DNA of 64,000 nt from Halobacteriales archaeon SW_8_68_21 (lineage in GTDB: Archaea; Halobacteriota; Halobacteria; Halobacteriales; Haloferacaceae). The translations under genes and the position numbers were made by a program. The notes under the pieces were generated by a model that worked only from the letters and a program-made list of their open reading frames with translations, was not told where the DNA came from and did not search any database. Shown piece by piece: positions 1 to 9,698 of the stretch (within the stretch, counting starts at the first letter, position 1; every line of letters starts with the position of its first letter). The stretch lies in the NCBI GenBank assembly GCA_003023405.1, contig PXST01000010.1, positions 6,931 to 70,930 of the forward strand, written 5' to 3'.

Positions 1-846
1 CGCGTCGAGCGTCGTCGCCGCGTCGAGCGCCGCGGCGTGGACCGCGCCGATCTCGTCTATGGCGGTCGGGCCGACGGCGAACTCGACGCGCGTGACGCCC
101 TCGCCGGGGTTCGACCGTTCTAACACCGCGACCGGACCGATCTCTCCGGTGTTCGAGACGTGGGTCCCACCGCAGGCGGCGACGTCCCACGGGTCGGCGT
201 CGGTCTCCGCCCCGTCCACTGCCGGGGCCGCCCCGTCCCCCGCCGCGCTCGCGCCGCCGACCGTCACGACGCGGACCGCACCGTCGCTCATCGCGCCCTC
301 CTCCGTCTTCGCGTTGAACGCGATCCCGTCTACCTCGCGCGCTTCCTCGGCCGAGTGCGTCTCCCACGAGACGGGCAGCGAGTCCCAGACGGCGCGGTTT
401 GCGAGCCGCTCCAGCTTGATCAGGTCGTCGTCGTCCAGCGGCTCGGCGGTCGTCAGGTCGACGCGGACCTTCGTCTCGGAGATGTCGAACCCGGCGTAGC
501 CGAGGTCGTCGGCGATCCGGCGCGCAGCGCCGTACAGCACGTGCGAGGCGGTGTGCGCACGGGCGCAATAGGTGCGGAACGCGTCGTCGATCACGCCCGT
601 CACTACGTCGCCGGGCGCGAGCGAGAGGGCTCCCGGGTCGGCGTCGAGCGCGTGGACGACCGCACCGTCGCGCTCGACGACGTCGTCGACGAGGTGGCCG
701 TCGAGCGTTCCCCTGTCGGCCGGCTGGCCGCCGGACTCGGGGTAGAAGTACGTCTCGTCGAGGACGACCGCGCGGCCGTCGACGGACTCGACCGTCGCTT
801 CGAACTCCCGGACCGTCGGCTCGGCCGGTGCGCGTGAAACGGTCAT
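1..846 (-). CDS. Alanyl-tRNA editing protein (AlaX family), 3'-truncated by window edge
   Basis: Manual translation of the minus strand from ATG at 846: MTVSRAPAEP...TYFYPESGGQPADRG...AHTASHV...AACGGTHV, containing the HxxxH and CxxxH Zn-binding editing motifs. Absent from the ORF track because it runs off the edge. Confidence 0.88.
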   Translation of the reverse strand, partial: MTVSRAPAEPTVREFEATVESVDGRAVVLDETYFYPESGGQPADRGTLDGHLVDDVVERDGAVVHALDADPGALSLAPGDVVTGVIDDAFRTYCARAHTASHVLYGAARRIADDLGYAGFDISETKVRVDLTTAEPLDDDDLIKLERLANRAVWDSLPVSWETHSAEEAREVDGIAFNAKTEEGAMSDGAVRVVTVGGASAAGDGAAPAVDGAETDADPWDVAACGGTHVSNTGEIGPVAVLERSNPGEGVTRVEFAVGPTAIDEIGAVHAAALDAATTLDA

Positions 847-922
847 TGTCAGGTCCTAGAGGCGGGCGGATAAATAGGTGGCCGCCGCGTGGTCGTTTAT
901 AAATCTACAGTGGTGCGGTCGG

Positions 923-1055
923 CGTCGCCGGCGGCTCAGGGGCGGCCACGGAGCGGGCGCAGGCGACGTAAGCACCGCAACGAGGGAGCGAACGGAGTGA
1001 GCGACGAGTGAGGAGCGCAGCGAGCGTGCGCCCGCTCCGTGGCCGGGGCTTCGGC
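923..1055. repeat. Intergenic palindromic (hairpin) element, copy 1 of a dispersed repeat
   Basis: Perfect 19-bp inverted repeat, 943-961 cggccacggagcgggcgca / 1027-1045 tgcgcccgctccgtggccg, followed by ggggcttcggc. Homologous to 40348-40500. Confidence 0.8.
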
Positions 1056-1143
1056 AGTCACGGATCGACTCCCGACGAAAGGATAACGAGAGCGAAACCC
1101 GCGGCTCACGACGACGCGTAAACGCCGAAGATCCGCGTTCCGC

Positions 1144-1344
1144 TCAGCCCTCCAGTTCGAACGCGACCTCGACTTCTGCCTGATACTCGCGGTCGGCCGC
1201 CCCATCGAGTTCGACCCCGAACTCATCCACCTCCGCCCAGTAGACGTTGTCGAGGGTGTCCTCGGCGCGGTCGATGGCATCGTCGGCCGCGGCGTCGAAG
1301 CTCTCCTCGCTCGTTCCGATCAGCGTGATCTTCTTAAATACCAT
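1144..1344 (-). CDS. Dodecin (flavin-binding protein)
   Basis: [39 protein letters not shown]...[13 protein letters not shown] is a typical haloarchaeal dodecin; ATG at 1344. Confidence 0.93.
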   Translation of the reverse strand: MVFKKITLIGTSEESFDAAADDAIDRAEDTLDNVYWAEVDEFGVELDGAADREYQAEVEVAFELEG

Positions 1345-1564
1345 TGCTGTATTCACCGTGTTCTTACCCAGCGCACGGTACTCGCGCGCCGGACGGGTGA
1401 AGCTTCATTTCCCACTACAATATACATTCGGGCGTCGCTTTGGCAGTGTTCGACTAGCGTTGTCGTGTAGACCGGGGGGTTCCGAGTCACCTTGTGAGCA
1501 GTCAAAAAGCGTGTTCACAAATTAGGTGTCACCTCACTGTGACTTGGATGGCACTCTTCGACAG

Positions 1565-1665
1565 GGTACTGCTGTATATAAACATACAGTATTTGATTAT
1601 TACGTCCCTTTTTATATTCACTATGTGAACGATGGACTGTATGCTCCCCCGATACAGAGGTGAGT
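1565..1665 (+). promoter_or_regulatory. Putative cas operon promoter region with TATA-like boxes, operator-like inverted repeats and SD
   Basis: AT-rich. Contains tttttatat (~1609-1618), two ctgtat...atacag inverted repeats (1572-1589 and 1637-1658), and gaggtga upstream of the cas6 GTG. Confidence 0.5.
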
Positions 1666-1672
1666 CATCCGG

Positions 1673-2488
1673 GTGCGCGTAATGGCGCACCTGTCCGCAC
1701 GCGCGGACGCCGCTTACCAGAACAACTACCACCACAAACTGCGTGGCCGGCTCTGGGAGGCGCTTGACGGCACCGCCTACGACGAGCGACACGACGACGG
1801 CGAGCCGCCAGGATTCACCTACTCGAACCCGTTTCCGCCTCACGATATGAAAGAGGGCGACGACCGAAAGCTGCTGGTCGCCTCGCCGGAGGAGGAACTA
1901 CTCGCCAACGTCGCCGCCGACCTGCTTGAGGAACCGGAGTTGAACGTCGGCGAGATGCCGTTCCACGTCGACGACGTGACTTCGCTCAAACCGGACGTCG
2001 GCGAACCCGGTACGCGCGGAACGATCGAAACCGGGACTGGCCTGCTGGTTCGGATTCCGTCGTGGCGATGCGAGGAGTACGACATCGACCACCCCGGCGG
2101 CGACACCGCCGTCTTCTGGCGACCGGAGCACTCGATGGAGCCGCTTCGCACACAGCTGGAGGCCAATCTCGATCAGAAACACGACCGCTTCGCCCACGAC
2201 CATCTGCCGGGCCCGAGCGATGTCGACGGCGATCTGTTCGACGGTTACGAACTCATCAAGACGTTCGCCGTCCCGGTGACGGTCACCGAAGGTCAGGAGA
2301 TGACCTACGTCCTGAGCAAGTGGGAGTTCTCCTATACCGTTCGGGACGATCACCACCGCCGGCATCTCAACCTCGCGCTGGACTGCGGGCTCGGCGAGCG
2401 GAACTCGTTAGGACTCGGGTTCGTGAATATTACGGAAAAAACGCGACCGGGCCAGAGCGAACTGGAGGGAAGCGATGCTTTCGCCTGA
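1673..2488 (+). CDS. cas6: CRISPR-associated endoribonuclease Cas6
   Basis: N-terminal YHHKLRGRLW and FTYSNPFP; C-terminal Gly-rich loop GLGERNSLGLGF; first gene of the cas operon. Confidence 0.95.
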   Translation: MRVMAHLSARADAAYQNNYHHKLRGRLWEALDGTAYDERHDDGEPPGFTYSNPFPPHDMKEGDDRKLLVASPEEELLANVAADLLEEPELNVGEMPFHVDDVTSLKPDVGEPGTRGTIETGTGLLVRIPSWRCEEYDIDHPGGDTAVFWRPEHSMEPLRTQLEANLDQKHDRFAHDHLPGPSDVDGDLFDGYELIKTFAVPVTVTEGQEMTYVLSKWEFSYTVRDDHHRRHLNLALDCGLGERNSLGLGFVNITEKTRPGQSELEGSDAFA

Positions 2489-4628
2489 CGACTTCAAAGA
2501 GGAGTATCCGGCCGACAAGCTGGAAGCCGAACTTCCGGATTCACCAATCGGATCGCTTCGGGATCTCCAGTATCTCTACGGGAAACTCTACACGCTCGCC
2601 ACAACGGGTGGCGGCGAGTACGCCTCATATCTCACACCCGATGCTGCTGGCGATCTCATTGACACTGATGATAGCCTGATCGTCGTTCGAGTGGATGTGT
2701 CCAGTGACGAACCACAGTTGGCTACTGATCTTGATCCAGTGTTGGTAACGAGATATACTGATGACCTGATTCAACAGGTCGGCCACTGTAAGTATCCGGC
2801 AGCCCGCGGGATCGACCACAGCGTAACTCACCAAGCCGGGCGAAACAGTGATCCAGAGAAGCTGGCACGCTATGCGAAAGAACGGCTGACGAAGTGGGCT
2901 GTCGATGAGGTCGTGACGAAAGCAGCCGACGATCACTCCGATGGCTGGATTATCGAGCATCTAGCTGAAGTCGGTGAAGACGAGAGCGCACTTGAAGCGA
3001 TCGAGGAGACGATCACTCGGAAGCTTGGTGGCGAATCAGCCACGTCGCTGTTAACGGTCCGGGTGAAAACCGAGTCGGACGGAGACTACCAGTGGCCTGG
3101 TGATCTCGACGTATTCAACGAGGCGATGCGCCAGCGGAAGCTCTCGAAGCTCGTCACGAAGAACAAGGCCGACGACTCGTCGGGGGAGGCGACCGACCTC
3201 GTTACGGGTCTCCCTGCTCGAACGGTCGGGACCTCCGAGGACCCGCAGAACTACTTCCTCGGCAAGCAGCTGGAAAAGTTCCCCGGACTCGACATCGAAG
3301 AGGCGTGGCGGTCGCATCCGATATCAGAAGATGCTGCGATCACCGTCATGAATGCCGGGACGTTCGTCGAAGCCTGTACCTTTCGAACGTTTGGCGCAAA
3401 AGTGTACTATTTGCCCTACGTGTTCGGCCGACTGACGCCCGAAACAGTATACGAGCTGTACGGGCTGTTGTATCAGGCTGCCGAGAGCGACGAAGACACG
3501 ACACCGATCGAAAAGGCATACGAGCGACACCGTGAGCGGGACATCGACGACCGGAAGTTCCGGTTCTATATCTCGGCAGTCATGCCGCACCAGATGTCCC
3601 GATACGACGTGTTCGGCGAGACGCTAAACGGTCGACTTCATTACCCGAAGGAACTCGCGTTCACGCACAATCGATTCGTCCAGAACGTGTCGGCGTTCAA
3701 CACCACGACAGAGTGGACGGCCCCGCTGCCGACAAACGACAAGTGGGGACTCCTCTCCGGGAGTGACGACCAACTCCACGCCGTCGCGACTGGCTGGTAC
3801 TTCTACCAGACGTTCGCAGAACGGGACGACGACGAGGCGGATGCCGACGATCCGCGGATTACCGCGCTGGTGAGCGTGCTGAGCGGCGAGGCTATCGGTG
3901 TCGATCTCCTGCTCGAGGAGTACGTCGACCGGATCATCGACGACCAGACCGACGAGGACGACCACGAGGGGTTCCCGTCGTTTCTGGTCGCCAGCCAGTT
4001 CGCCCAGCTCTGCGCGTTGGCCGACGACGACCTCGACCTGTTGAAACCATCCGACCCGAGCAAAGACGCGATCACCCGCGAACCGAGCTACGAGACACAC
4101 ACAATGGATACCCACTTCGCCACAGACGGGGGCCACCCCGCCGAACCGAAACTCGAATCGTTCATCAACGACACGCCAGCACTGTCGCCCGACCACGACG
4201 CCGACCCCGAGTCCGTGACCAGCGAACGCCGTGGTGCGTTCCTCTTGGGCGCGCTCGTCGGCGATATCGGAAGCTATCAGGAGTATAGCGAGGACCGCTC
4301 GACAACGCTGGTCGACCAGTACCCGGTCAAGTCGATCACCCGGTCCCGAATCAAAAAAGTTACTCAGGAGACGGTCGCCAAGACGTTGACCTACACGCGA
4401 AAAGAAAAGAAACAGGAAGGGATCTACCCCGGAACGAAGTCCGAACACATCGTCGAACGACTCCGAGAGACAATCCTCGATCCCGATCCCGATGATTGGG
4501 AGATTGAAACCGATGATCTCCGCTTTTATTACGCCCTCGGCGTGACCTACGGGATGAACGATCACCCCGACTGGAGCGGGACGGATAGCGACGGAGACGA
4601 GACGACCGACACCGAGGAGGAATACTAA
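2475..4628 (+). CDS. cas8b: Type I-B Cascade large subunit Cas8b/Csh1
   Basis: 717 aa between cas6 and cas7; C-terminal RGAFLLGALVG and LRFYYALGVTYG segments typical of haloarchaeal Csh1. Confidence 0.9.
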   Translation: MLSPDDFKEEYPADKLEAELPDSPIGSLRDLQYLYGKLYTLATTGGGEYASYLTPDAAGDLIDTDDSLIVVRVDVSSDEPQLATDLDPVLVTRYTDDLIQQVGHCKYPAARGIDHSVTHQAGRNSDPEKLARYAKERLTKWAVDEVVTKAADDHSDGWIIEHLAEVGEDESALEAIEETITRKLGGESATSLLTVRVKTESDGDYQWPGDLDVFNEAMRQRKLSKLVTKNKADDSSGEATDLVTGLPARTVGTSEDPQNYFLGKQLEKFPGLDIEEAWRSHPISEDAAITVMNAGTFVEACTFRTFGAKVYYLPYVFGRLTPETVYELYGLLYQAAESDEDTTPIEKAYERHRERDIDDRKFRFYISAVMPHQMSRYDVFGETLNGRLHYPKELAFTHNRFVQNVSAFNTTTEWTAPLPTNDKWGLLSGSDDQLHAVATGWYFYQTFAERDDDEADADDPRITALVSVLSGEAIGVDLLLEEYVDRIIDDQTDEDDHEGFPSFLVASQFAQLCALADDDLDLLKPSDPSKDAITREPSYETHTMDTHFATDGGHPAEPKLESFINDTPALSPDHDADPESVTSERRGAFLLGALVGDIGSYQEYSEDRSTTLVDQYPVKSITRSRIKKVTQETVAKTLTYTRKEKKQEGIYPGTKSEHIVERLRETILDPDPDDWEIETDDLRFYYALGVTYGMNDHPDWSGTDSDGDETTDTEEEY

Positions 4629-4629
4629 T

Positions 4630-5712
4630 ATGTCCGACACTACCGACACCGTGACGAACCGCTCAGAGATCGTCTTCCTGTACGACGCCATCGACGCCAA
4701 TCCCAACGGTAACCCCCTTTCGGGGGCGAACCGGCCACGGATCGATCCCCAGACTCAACAGGCGATCGTCACCGACGTTCGACTGAAGCGGTACCTCCGC
4801 GACCAGCTCGACGACGACGGCCACGGCGTCTACATTCGGAACGTCCAAGAGGAGGGCAATCAGTTCACCCGCGGCGAACTACTCGAAGATCGACTCAAGG
4901 CCGTCGACTACGATAACTACGATCTCGGTGACGACGAAGAAGCCGACCAGTTCCGCGAGGACGTGTTCGGCGAGTTCCTCGACAGGAGCGTCGACGTGCG
5001 CTACTTCGGCGCGACGATGTCGGTCGACACCGACGAAGTGTACGCCAAACACCTCCCAGATCACTTCACCGGCCCGGTCCAGTTCTCGCCCGGTAAGTCG
5101 ATACACGCAGTCAATGAAAACGAGGAGTATGATAGCCTGACAAGCGTGATCGCAACGCAGGAAAACAAACAGCAGGGTGGTTTCGACCTCGACGACCACC
5201 GGATTCAGTACGGCCTCATTCGGTTCCACGGGCTCGTCGACGAACACGGGGCCGAAGATACCAACCTCACCGGCGACGATGTCGAACGGCTCGATACGCT
5301 CTGCTGGCGGGCAATCAAAAATCAGACGATCAGCCGAAGTAAGGTCGGTCAAGAACCACGGCTTTACTGTCGCGTCGAATACGCCGACGAGAGTTTCCAT
5401 CTCGGCGGCCTCGACAGGGATCTCGAACTCGATTCCGATAACTCGAAGCCCGAGGAGGAATTACGGACGGTTCGGGATCTGACACTTGACGTGGAAGGGT
5501 TCATCGAGCGGCTCGACAACGCGAGTGACCAGATCAACCGCGTTAGAGTCGTCGCCAGCGACGTGTTGGATGTCTCTGCCGGCGGCGACCCGGGTGGGCC
5601 GACTATCCTCTACGACAGGCTTCGAGCGGCGCTCGGAGAGGATACCGTCGAGGTCATCGATGTCTACGACGAACACACCACAACGCTTCCGACCGACGGC
5701 GACATCGCCTAA
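4630..5712 (+). CDS. cas7: Type I-B Cas7/Csh2
   Basis: NRSEIVFLYDAIDANPNGNP, VTDVRLKRYLRD, DVRYFGA and TGPVQF motifs. Confidence 0.95.
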   Translation: MSDTTDTVTNRSEIVFLYDAIDANPNGNPLSGANRPRIDPQTQQAIVTDVRLKRYLRDQLDDDGHGVYIRNVQEEGNQFTRGELLEDRLKAVDYDNYDLGDDEEADQFREDVFGEFLDRSVDVRYFGATMSVDTDEVYAKHLPDHFTGPVQFSPGKSIHAVNENEEYDSLTSVIATQENKQQGGFDLDDHRIQYGLIRFHGLVDEHGAEDTNLTGDDVERLDTLCWRAIKNQTISRSKVGQEPRLYCRVEYADESFHLGGLDRDLELDSDNSKPEEELRTVRDLTLDVEGFIERLDNASDQINRVRVVASDVLDVSAGGDPGGPTILYDRLRAALGEDTVEVIDVYDEHTTTLPTDGDIA

Positions 5713-5714
5713 CG

Positions 5715-6512
5715 ATGGGACAGCAATCGCTGAACGAGTGGTCAACCGAGGATGGGGGTTTTCATCCGGACCGGTGTCTCTCGTTTACCGTCCGTGGACC
5801 GTGGGGACACTTCCGGCGGATAGAGGGAAATATCGTCAAACAGACCTACCGCATCATCCCGCGAACGACTGTCGCCGGCCTGTTGGCCGCCCTCGCCGGT
5901 ATCGAACGGGACGGCTACTACGATCTGTTCGCCCCCGATACGTCGGCAATTGCCATCGAACCGGTTCGCGAGATCCGGACGATCAACATGCCGATGAACA
6001 CGTTGTCGACGGCGAGCGGGAACCTCCAGTCACTCAATGGACGGGGAAAGATCAGCGTGAAACTCCCCGACCCGACGACACTCCGGCAACAGCACAACTA
6101 CGAGGTACTGGTCGAACCGGCCTACCGTATCGATATCTCACTGGCGGATGAGGAGTGGTATACTGAAGTTCAAGAAATGCTCGAAGCCGGAAGGTCACAC
6201 TACATCCCGAGTCTCGGCCTCTCGGAGTATCTCGCAGAAATCGAGTATCACGGGGAGTTCAGTGTCGACGCTGGACCACAGCACGAGTCAGTCGCAGTCG
6301 ATTCGGCAGTCCCGAACGCGGTCGACGATGTCGTTCTCAACGCGGGCACACGCTGTCAAATTGAGGAATCGCCGGCATTTATGAAGGCGGATTCCGGTGG
6401 TCGAACGACGACCGGGTTTACGACGTATACCTACAATCCGGATGCGGAGCCACTGACGGTAACGGATGTCGAGACCGCAAGTGTCGACGGTCGGACGGTG
6501 GTGTTCGTCTGA
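5715..6512 (+). CDS. cas5: Type I-B Cas5
   Basis: GPWGHFRR...TYRIIPRTTVAGLLAA N-terminal Cas5 motif and YIPSLGLSE. Confidence 0.95.
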   Translation: MGQQSLNEWSTEDGGFHPDRCLSFTVRGPWGHFRRIEGNIVKQTYRIIPRTTVAGLLAALAGIERDGYYDLFAPDTSAIAIEPVREIRTINMPMNTLSTASGNLQSLNGRGKISVKLPDPTTLRQQHNYEVLVEPAYRIDISLADEEWYTEVQEMLEAGRSHYIPSLGLSEYLAEIEYHGEFSVDAGPQHESVAVDSAVPNAVDDVVLNAGTRCQIEESPAFMKADSGGRTTTGFTTYTYNPDAEPLTVTDVETASVDGRTVVFV

Positions 6513-9151
6513 TGGTCGTTCGGTACTCCCATCCGCCGGAAAACGGTCACGACGGTGTCGAACTGGCCGACCATCTCGAAGACGTTGCTCGTCGTGTTCG
6601 AGAAACCATCGACGACGACGCTGAGACCCCAGCGGGTGAGTCACTCCGCAATGTCGTCGAGACACTCGCGTACGTACACGACTTTGGGAAGGCGACGACG
6701 TTCTTTCAAGAGTATCTACTTGACTCGACTGAACCGGAGTTCAAGCAGTACCGATATCATGCCCCAGCCGGTTCGTTTGCGGCCTACTACGCGCTTGATG
6801 CGCAGGGCTTCGACACCGAGACATGCCTAGCAGGGTTCGTTGCGGTCGCCAAACACCATGGTCAACTTCCGGATGTGATAAAATACATCCACGGCCGTTC
6901 ATACCGCCGCGAGAACGTCTCACCTGGGTCGCTCAATAGTGACGAACAGCTACAGACGGCAATCGCAAAACAGTTGGAAGATATCAACACTCACGTTCCG
7001 ACACTTGCCGCGGAACTATTCGAAGAGGCGACCGATGGGGCCGGCTCATGGGAGGCATTTCGGATGTCGTTCACTGATGGACTTCTCGATGAGATCGCTT
7101 CGACCGTCGAGACGACTGGAAGCGGTGTCACAACCAACCGTGACTCGCTGTCCGACACCTGTTACGGGCTTATTCTGGAATGCTGGGGATCGCTCGTACT
7201 TGCTGATAAAACGAGTGCGGCAAGCCGGAGTGAGGACACTGGTTCGAGCTCCACCTATGACGCACAGCCAGCGTCGATGGAAGTATTGGATGAGTATGTT
7301 GACGAACTCGAATCATCGTCGCCTGCCAATCCGGATGGTTCCAGAACGGAGCGACTAAACCACTATCGATCACGCGCGAGGTCGGCGGTCATCGCGAACG
7401 CAAAGGGGTTTGCTGAGGAGGGCGGCGGCGTAGCAACGCTCACACTGCCAACCGGCATGGGAAAAACGCTCTCTGGGCTGTCGGGCGCACAGACGATCCG
7501 TGACAAACTCGACGGCGAGCGTATCGTCTACGCGTTGCCGTTTACTAGTATCATCGATCAGGTCGTCGATGAGATTGAAGACATATACGAGACCGATACA
7601 CTCGGTCGGCTACTGACGGCCCATCACCACCTTTCAGAAACTAAGATCCGCGATGAAGACGACCTAGGCGCTGACAAGGCAGATAAGAAAGACGACGTGG
7701 CCGGAATGCTCGCGGAAAGTTGGCGTGCGGGGATCACCGTGACGACGTTCGTACAGTTGTTCGAAAGCCTCGCCGGCCCAGCCAACAAGCAGTCGATGAA
7801 GATCCCCGCGCTCCGTGATAGCGTCGTGATCCTCGATGAACCACAGAGTCTGCCACTTGACTGGTGGAAGCTCGTCCCGCGCCTCGTTACGATTCTGACC
7901 GAGCAGTACAACGCGACGGTGATCGCTATGACCGCCACGCAGCCACAGCTGTTCGATGCGACCACCGAGCGAATAGACAACGTAAGCGAACTGGTCGATG
8001 ATCCGGATGTATACTTCGAGGCGACCGACCGAGTTCAGTATGAACTCGATACATCTGCCGAGCGGTATATCGAAACCCAATCCGAGCCGAAAGCATACGT
8101 CGACGCAGGAGCCGAACTGCTCAGCGCGGTCGACGCCGGAGCGTCGACGCTTGCCGTCTGTAACACGATCGACAGTGCGCGCACACTCTTCGATGAACTC
8201 ACTGGTTCTCGACGTTCGCTCCTGAGTGTTGGGGACGTCTATGCCGACGAACTCGATGCTGGTGGTACGGCAGCTGACATCGATCCGGAGGCACTCGCTA
8301 CTCGTATCAAGAGCCAAAGCGATGTATCGATACTCCATCTCTCAACCCGACTCCGTCCGCTCGATCGACTCAAGCTCATAGAAACAGCGAAAGAACTCAC
8401 CGACGACGAACACGGTCTCATTACAGTCTCAACGCAACTCATTGAGGCCGGTGTTGACATCAGCTTCGACCGCGTCTACCGCGACTTGGCCCCAATTGAC
8501 AGTATCGTCCAAGCGGCCGGTCGGTGTAATCGATCGTTTGAACGAGAACAAGGGCGGGTCGTCATCTGGTGGCTCGATGTTCCGGACGAGCAGAAAAAAA
8601 CGCCGGCAGAAGCGGTCTACAATCGCGGGGCGACACTACTCCCAGTTGCGGCCGAAACGCTTGATTCCGTTCGTGAAGAGGATAGACAACTCTCCGAGAC
8701 AGCCGTTGCTCGCACGGCTGTTAAAGAATATTATCGACGACTACACGCCGATAAAAACGTCGGCAAGAAAGAATACGTCGAGTACGTCGACGATCTACAT
8801 GGGAACGAACTGAGAGAGCTATCGCTGATCGATCAGCGAAACGCAGTAGACATCATTATTTGTCGTACTGAAGCCGAACGGAGGCAGGTAGAACAGGTAC
8901 GTGACGCGTGGAAGCACTATGAGTTCGACCGTGTTCGTCGGCTGATGGACGAACTCAAGCAGCTACGCGTGTCAATACCGATTTACCGCGGAGAATCTGG
9001 TAAGAAAGAAAAAATCGGACAACTGAATCAGGTTCATCAGGATACAGATGTACTGTGTCTCGATCTTCGTGAGCACGGATTGAACCAGTATTTCGACCGA
9101 AACACCGGATTCGTTATTCCCGATAGTACAGCCGAAAGGAGGATACTGTGA
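6512..9151 (+). CDS. cas3: Cas3 HD nuclease-helicase
   Basis: HD domain (HL...HDFGK, KHHG, LADK) fused to an SF2 helicase (LPTGMGKT, DEPQ, MTAT, STQLIEAGVDISF, QAAGRCNR). Confidence 0.96.
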   Translation: MVVRYSHPPENGHDGVELADHLEDVARRVRETIDDDAETPAGESLRNVVETLAYVHDFGKATTFFQEYLLDSTEPEFKQYRYHAPAGSFAAYYALDAQGFDTETCLAGFVAVAKHHGQLPDVIKYIHGRSYRRENVSPGSLNSDEQLQTAIAKQLEDINTHVPTLAAELFEEATDGAGSWEAFRMSFTDGLLDEIASTVETTGSGVTTNRDSLSDTCYGLILECWGSLVLADKTSAASRSEDTGSSSTYDAQPASMEVLDEYVDELESSSPANPDGSRTERLNHYRSRARSAVIANAKGFAEEGGGVATLTLPTGMGKTLSGLSGAQTIRDKLDGERIVYALPFTSIIDQVVDEIEDIYETDTLGRLLTAHHHLSETKIRDEDDLGADKADKKDDVAGMLAESWRAGITVTTFVQLFESLAGPANKQSMKIPALRDSVVILDEPQSLPLDWWKLVPRLVTILTEQYNATVIAMTATQPQLFDATTERIDNVSELVDDPDVYFEATDRVQYELDTSAERYIETQSEPKAYVDAGAELLSAVDAGASTLAVCNTIDSARTLFDELTGSRRSLLSVGDVYADELDAGGTAADIDPEALATRIKSQSDVSILHLSTRLRPLDRLKLIETAKELTDDEHGLITVSTQLIEAGVDISFDRVYRDLAPIDSIVQAAGRCNRSFEREQGRVVIWWLDVPDEQKKTPAEAVYNRGATLLPVAAETLDSVREEDRQLSETAVARTAVKEYYRRLHADKNVGKKEYVEYVDDLHGNELRELSLIDQRNAVDIIICRTEAERRQVEQVRDAWKHYEFDRVRRLMDELKQLRVSIPIYRGESGKKEKIGQLNQVHQDTDVLCLDLREHGLNQYFDRNTGFVIPDSTAERRIL

Positions 9152-9696
9152 CCGACGCAGGTCCGGTCGACCGCCTGTTGGCGACCGCTCGCGGCGAGCC
9201 AGTCGACGAACCGTTCCGCGTCACGGGCGTGATGGTACAGTACTACTACGTCTGTAAGCGCGAACTCTGGTTCGCGAGTCGGAACCTCGAGATCGACCGC
9301 GAGAATCCGACCGTCGTTCGCGGTACGCGCGTCGACGACACGGCCTACAGCGACAAACGGGAGAACCTCCACCTCGGGATGATCTCACTCGATCTCCTCG
9401 ATGACGGCCGCGTCGTCGAGGTAAAACCCTCCTCGACGCTGACCGAGCCAGCCGAGATGCAGCTGTCGTACTACCTCTGGTATCTCGACCGCGTGGCCGA
9501 CATCCAGCGAGACGGCGTCTTGGCCCATCCCCGAGAGCGCAAGCGAGAGCCCGTCGACCTTACCGACGAACGGATCGAAAAGGTCGAAACGGCGATCCGC
9601 GGGATTCACGATATCGTCGGGCAGTCCTCGCCGCCGCCAGCGGAGGAGAAACCGTTCTGTGACTCCTGTGCGTACCACGACTTCTGTTGGTGTTAA
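9148..9696 (+). CDS. cas4: Cas4 nuclease
   Basis: YYYVCKRELWF, RecB-like D..EVK, QLSYYL and C-terminal CDSCAYHDFC Fe-S cysteines. Confidence 0.95.
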   Translation: MTDAGPVDRLLATARGEPVDEPFRVTGVMVQYYYVCKRELWFASRNLEIDRENPTVVRGTRVDDTAYSDKRENLHLGMISLDLLDDGRVVEVKPSSTLTEPAEMQLSYYLWYLDRVADIQRDGVLAHPRERKREPVDLTDERIEKVETAIRGIHDIVGQSSPPPAEEKPFCDSCAYHDFCWC

Positions 9697-9698
9697 TC

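Noticed and set aside
2475-2488. Canonical creTA module between cas6 and cas8b
   Set aside because: The two genes overlap by 14 bp, so there is no intergenic space.
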